A DNA stretch of 64,000 nt, from NCBI GenBank assembly GCA_977017645.1, contig OZ360232.1, positions 35,340,001-35,404,000 on the forward strand, in the 5' to 3' direction. Positions within the stretch are counted from its first letter, which is position 1; the number at the start of each line of letters is the position of its first letter. The translations under genes were made by a program, and so were the position numbers. The notes under the pieces are model-generated. The model was not told the DNA's origin, ran no database searches, and saw nothing but the letters and a program-made list of their open reading frames with translations. Source of the stretch: Torpedo marmorata. Its lineage: Eukaryota. Shown piece after piece: positions 62,498 to 64,000 of the stretch.

Positions 62498-63278
62498 TAA
62501 AAACACAATGCTGGAGAAACTCAGCAGGTCAAACAGTGTACTTTATATACTGTAGCAAAGATAAAGATACATAACCGACATTTCGGGCTTGACCCCTTCA
62601 TCAAGGCACCGACTCAATCCCAAAACATTGGTTTTGTATCTTTGGAACATAGAACACAGTACAGGCTCTTCAACCCTCGATGTTGTGCCGACCCATATAT
62701 TCCTTCCAAAAAAGTATAAACCCTCCCTACCCAGTAACCCTCTATTTTTATTCCATCCATGTGCCTGTCTAAGAGTCTCTTAAATGCCCCCAATGTTTCA
62801 GCCTCCACCACCATCCCTGGCAAGGTATTCCAGGCACCCACAACTCTCTGAGTAAAAAAAAAAAAAAAAAAACCCCTGATGTCTCCCCTAAACTTCCCTC
62901 CCTTCACTTTGTACACATGTCCTCTGGTGTTTGCTATTCCTGCCCTGGGAAACAGGCACTGGCTGTCCACCCTATCTATGTCTCTCATAATTTTGTAGAC
63001 ATCTATGAAGACTCCTCTCATCCTTCTTTGCTCCAAAGAGAAAAGTCCCAGCTCTGCTAACCTTGCCTCATAAGACTTATTTTCCAATCCAGGCAACATC
63101 CTGGTAAATCTCCTCTGCGCCCTCTCCATAGCTTCCACATCATTCCTATAATTAGGTGACCAAAATGGAACACAATATTCTATATCTTTGCTATATAAAG
63201 TACTCTGTTTGAACTGCTGAGTTTCTCCAGCATTGTATTTTTACTTCAACCATGATGTCTGCAGACTTTCCTGTTTTA
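62498..63278. mobile_element. Penelope-derived palindromic cassette interrupted by a CR1 3' fragment (62646-63180, minus)
   Basis: Arms at 62498-62645 and 63181-63278; CR1 ORF 62614-63138. Confidence 0.75.
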
Positions 63279-63659
63279 ACTCCAAACATGTATCAGGAAC
63301 ACAAAATGTGATGAGGTTCGGTGGCTCCTTTTAGTCAAAGTGGGCTAAATATTTCCTTCTACATCAATCCCTCAAACAGCAATAAGGGTTAATTGGAGGC
63401 GGCAGGTCAAGCCGCCAGGCTCCAAGTAGGCCTCAGTGGGGTCGACTTTGTCGTGTTGATTTGCTCCTAGTTTGTGTTGACTACAAAAAAACCTTGAAGC
63501 TCATGAATTTTTGAGTCTCCTTCCCGGCCCAAACCATTCACTGATCATTTCTTTCCACGGAAGCTGCCTAACCTGCTGAGGCCCTCCAACTTCTCAGCGT
63601 TCACTCATGATTCCTGCATCTGCTGTACTCTATATCTCATTCCCTTCCTGTCTCACTCC

Positions 63660-64000
63660 TTCATAGAACATGACTGCACAGAAACAGTCCCTTCGTCCCA
63701 TCTAGTCCATGCCAAACCATTATTCTGCCTCATCCCACTGACCTGCACCCAGTCCATACCCCTCCCATCCATGTTCCTGTCCAAATGTTTCTTAAATGTT
63801 AAAACTGAGCCCGCATTCACCACTTCAGCTGGTTCCACACCCCCACCACTCTCTGTGTGAAGAAGTTCCCTCTCATGTTCCCCCTAAACTTTTCCCCTTT
63901 CACCCTTAACCCATGTCCTCTCATTCTTGTCTCACCCTACCTCAGTGGAAAAAGCTTGATTGCATTTACTCTACCTGTACCCCTCATAATTTTGTATACC
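63660..64000 (-). mobile_element. CR1 3' fragment
   Basis: Same family as 31715-32170 and 54280-54750. Confidence 0.75.

Noticed and set aside
60647-62506. Overlapping and antisense ORFs at SYNPO
   Set aside because: Expected from stop-codon scarcity at high GC; no recognisable motifs.

Overview
Eukaryotic genomic DNA, very repeat-rich, most likely from a cartilaginous fish (ray or shark), judged from the HE1-like V-SINEs, CR1 LINEs and Penelope-derived repeats. The only recognisable host gene is synaptopodin (SYNPO) on the + strand. Its large terminal exon lies at 60634-61994, and a probable upstream coding exon lies at 22540-23132, phase-compatible across a ~37.5 kb intron. The rest is mostly nested transposons: a near-intact CR1 (esterase ORF1 plus APE/RT ORF2), a full-length decayed L1 with a 16-bp TSD, three 5'-truncated L1s, many Rex1/Babar and CR1 fragments, Penelope-like elements (RT and GIY-YIG), hAT and Tc1/pogo MITEs, a solo LTR, a larger LTR and a Chapaev3-like DNA transposon. 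There are also minisatellites and two assembly gaps. The most notable signals are (1) about a dozen minimal hammerhead-ribozyme motifs in Penelope terminal repeats, several arranged as back-to-back inverted cassettes with the same central junction at independent loci, (2) a 5S-rRNA-headed SINE with a conserved 3' stem-loop tail, (3) a Chapaev3-like element, and (4) a compact, GC-rich SYNPO exon with no PPxY motif. All family assignments come from motif recognition, not database searches.
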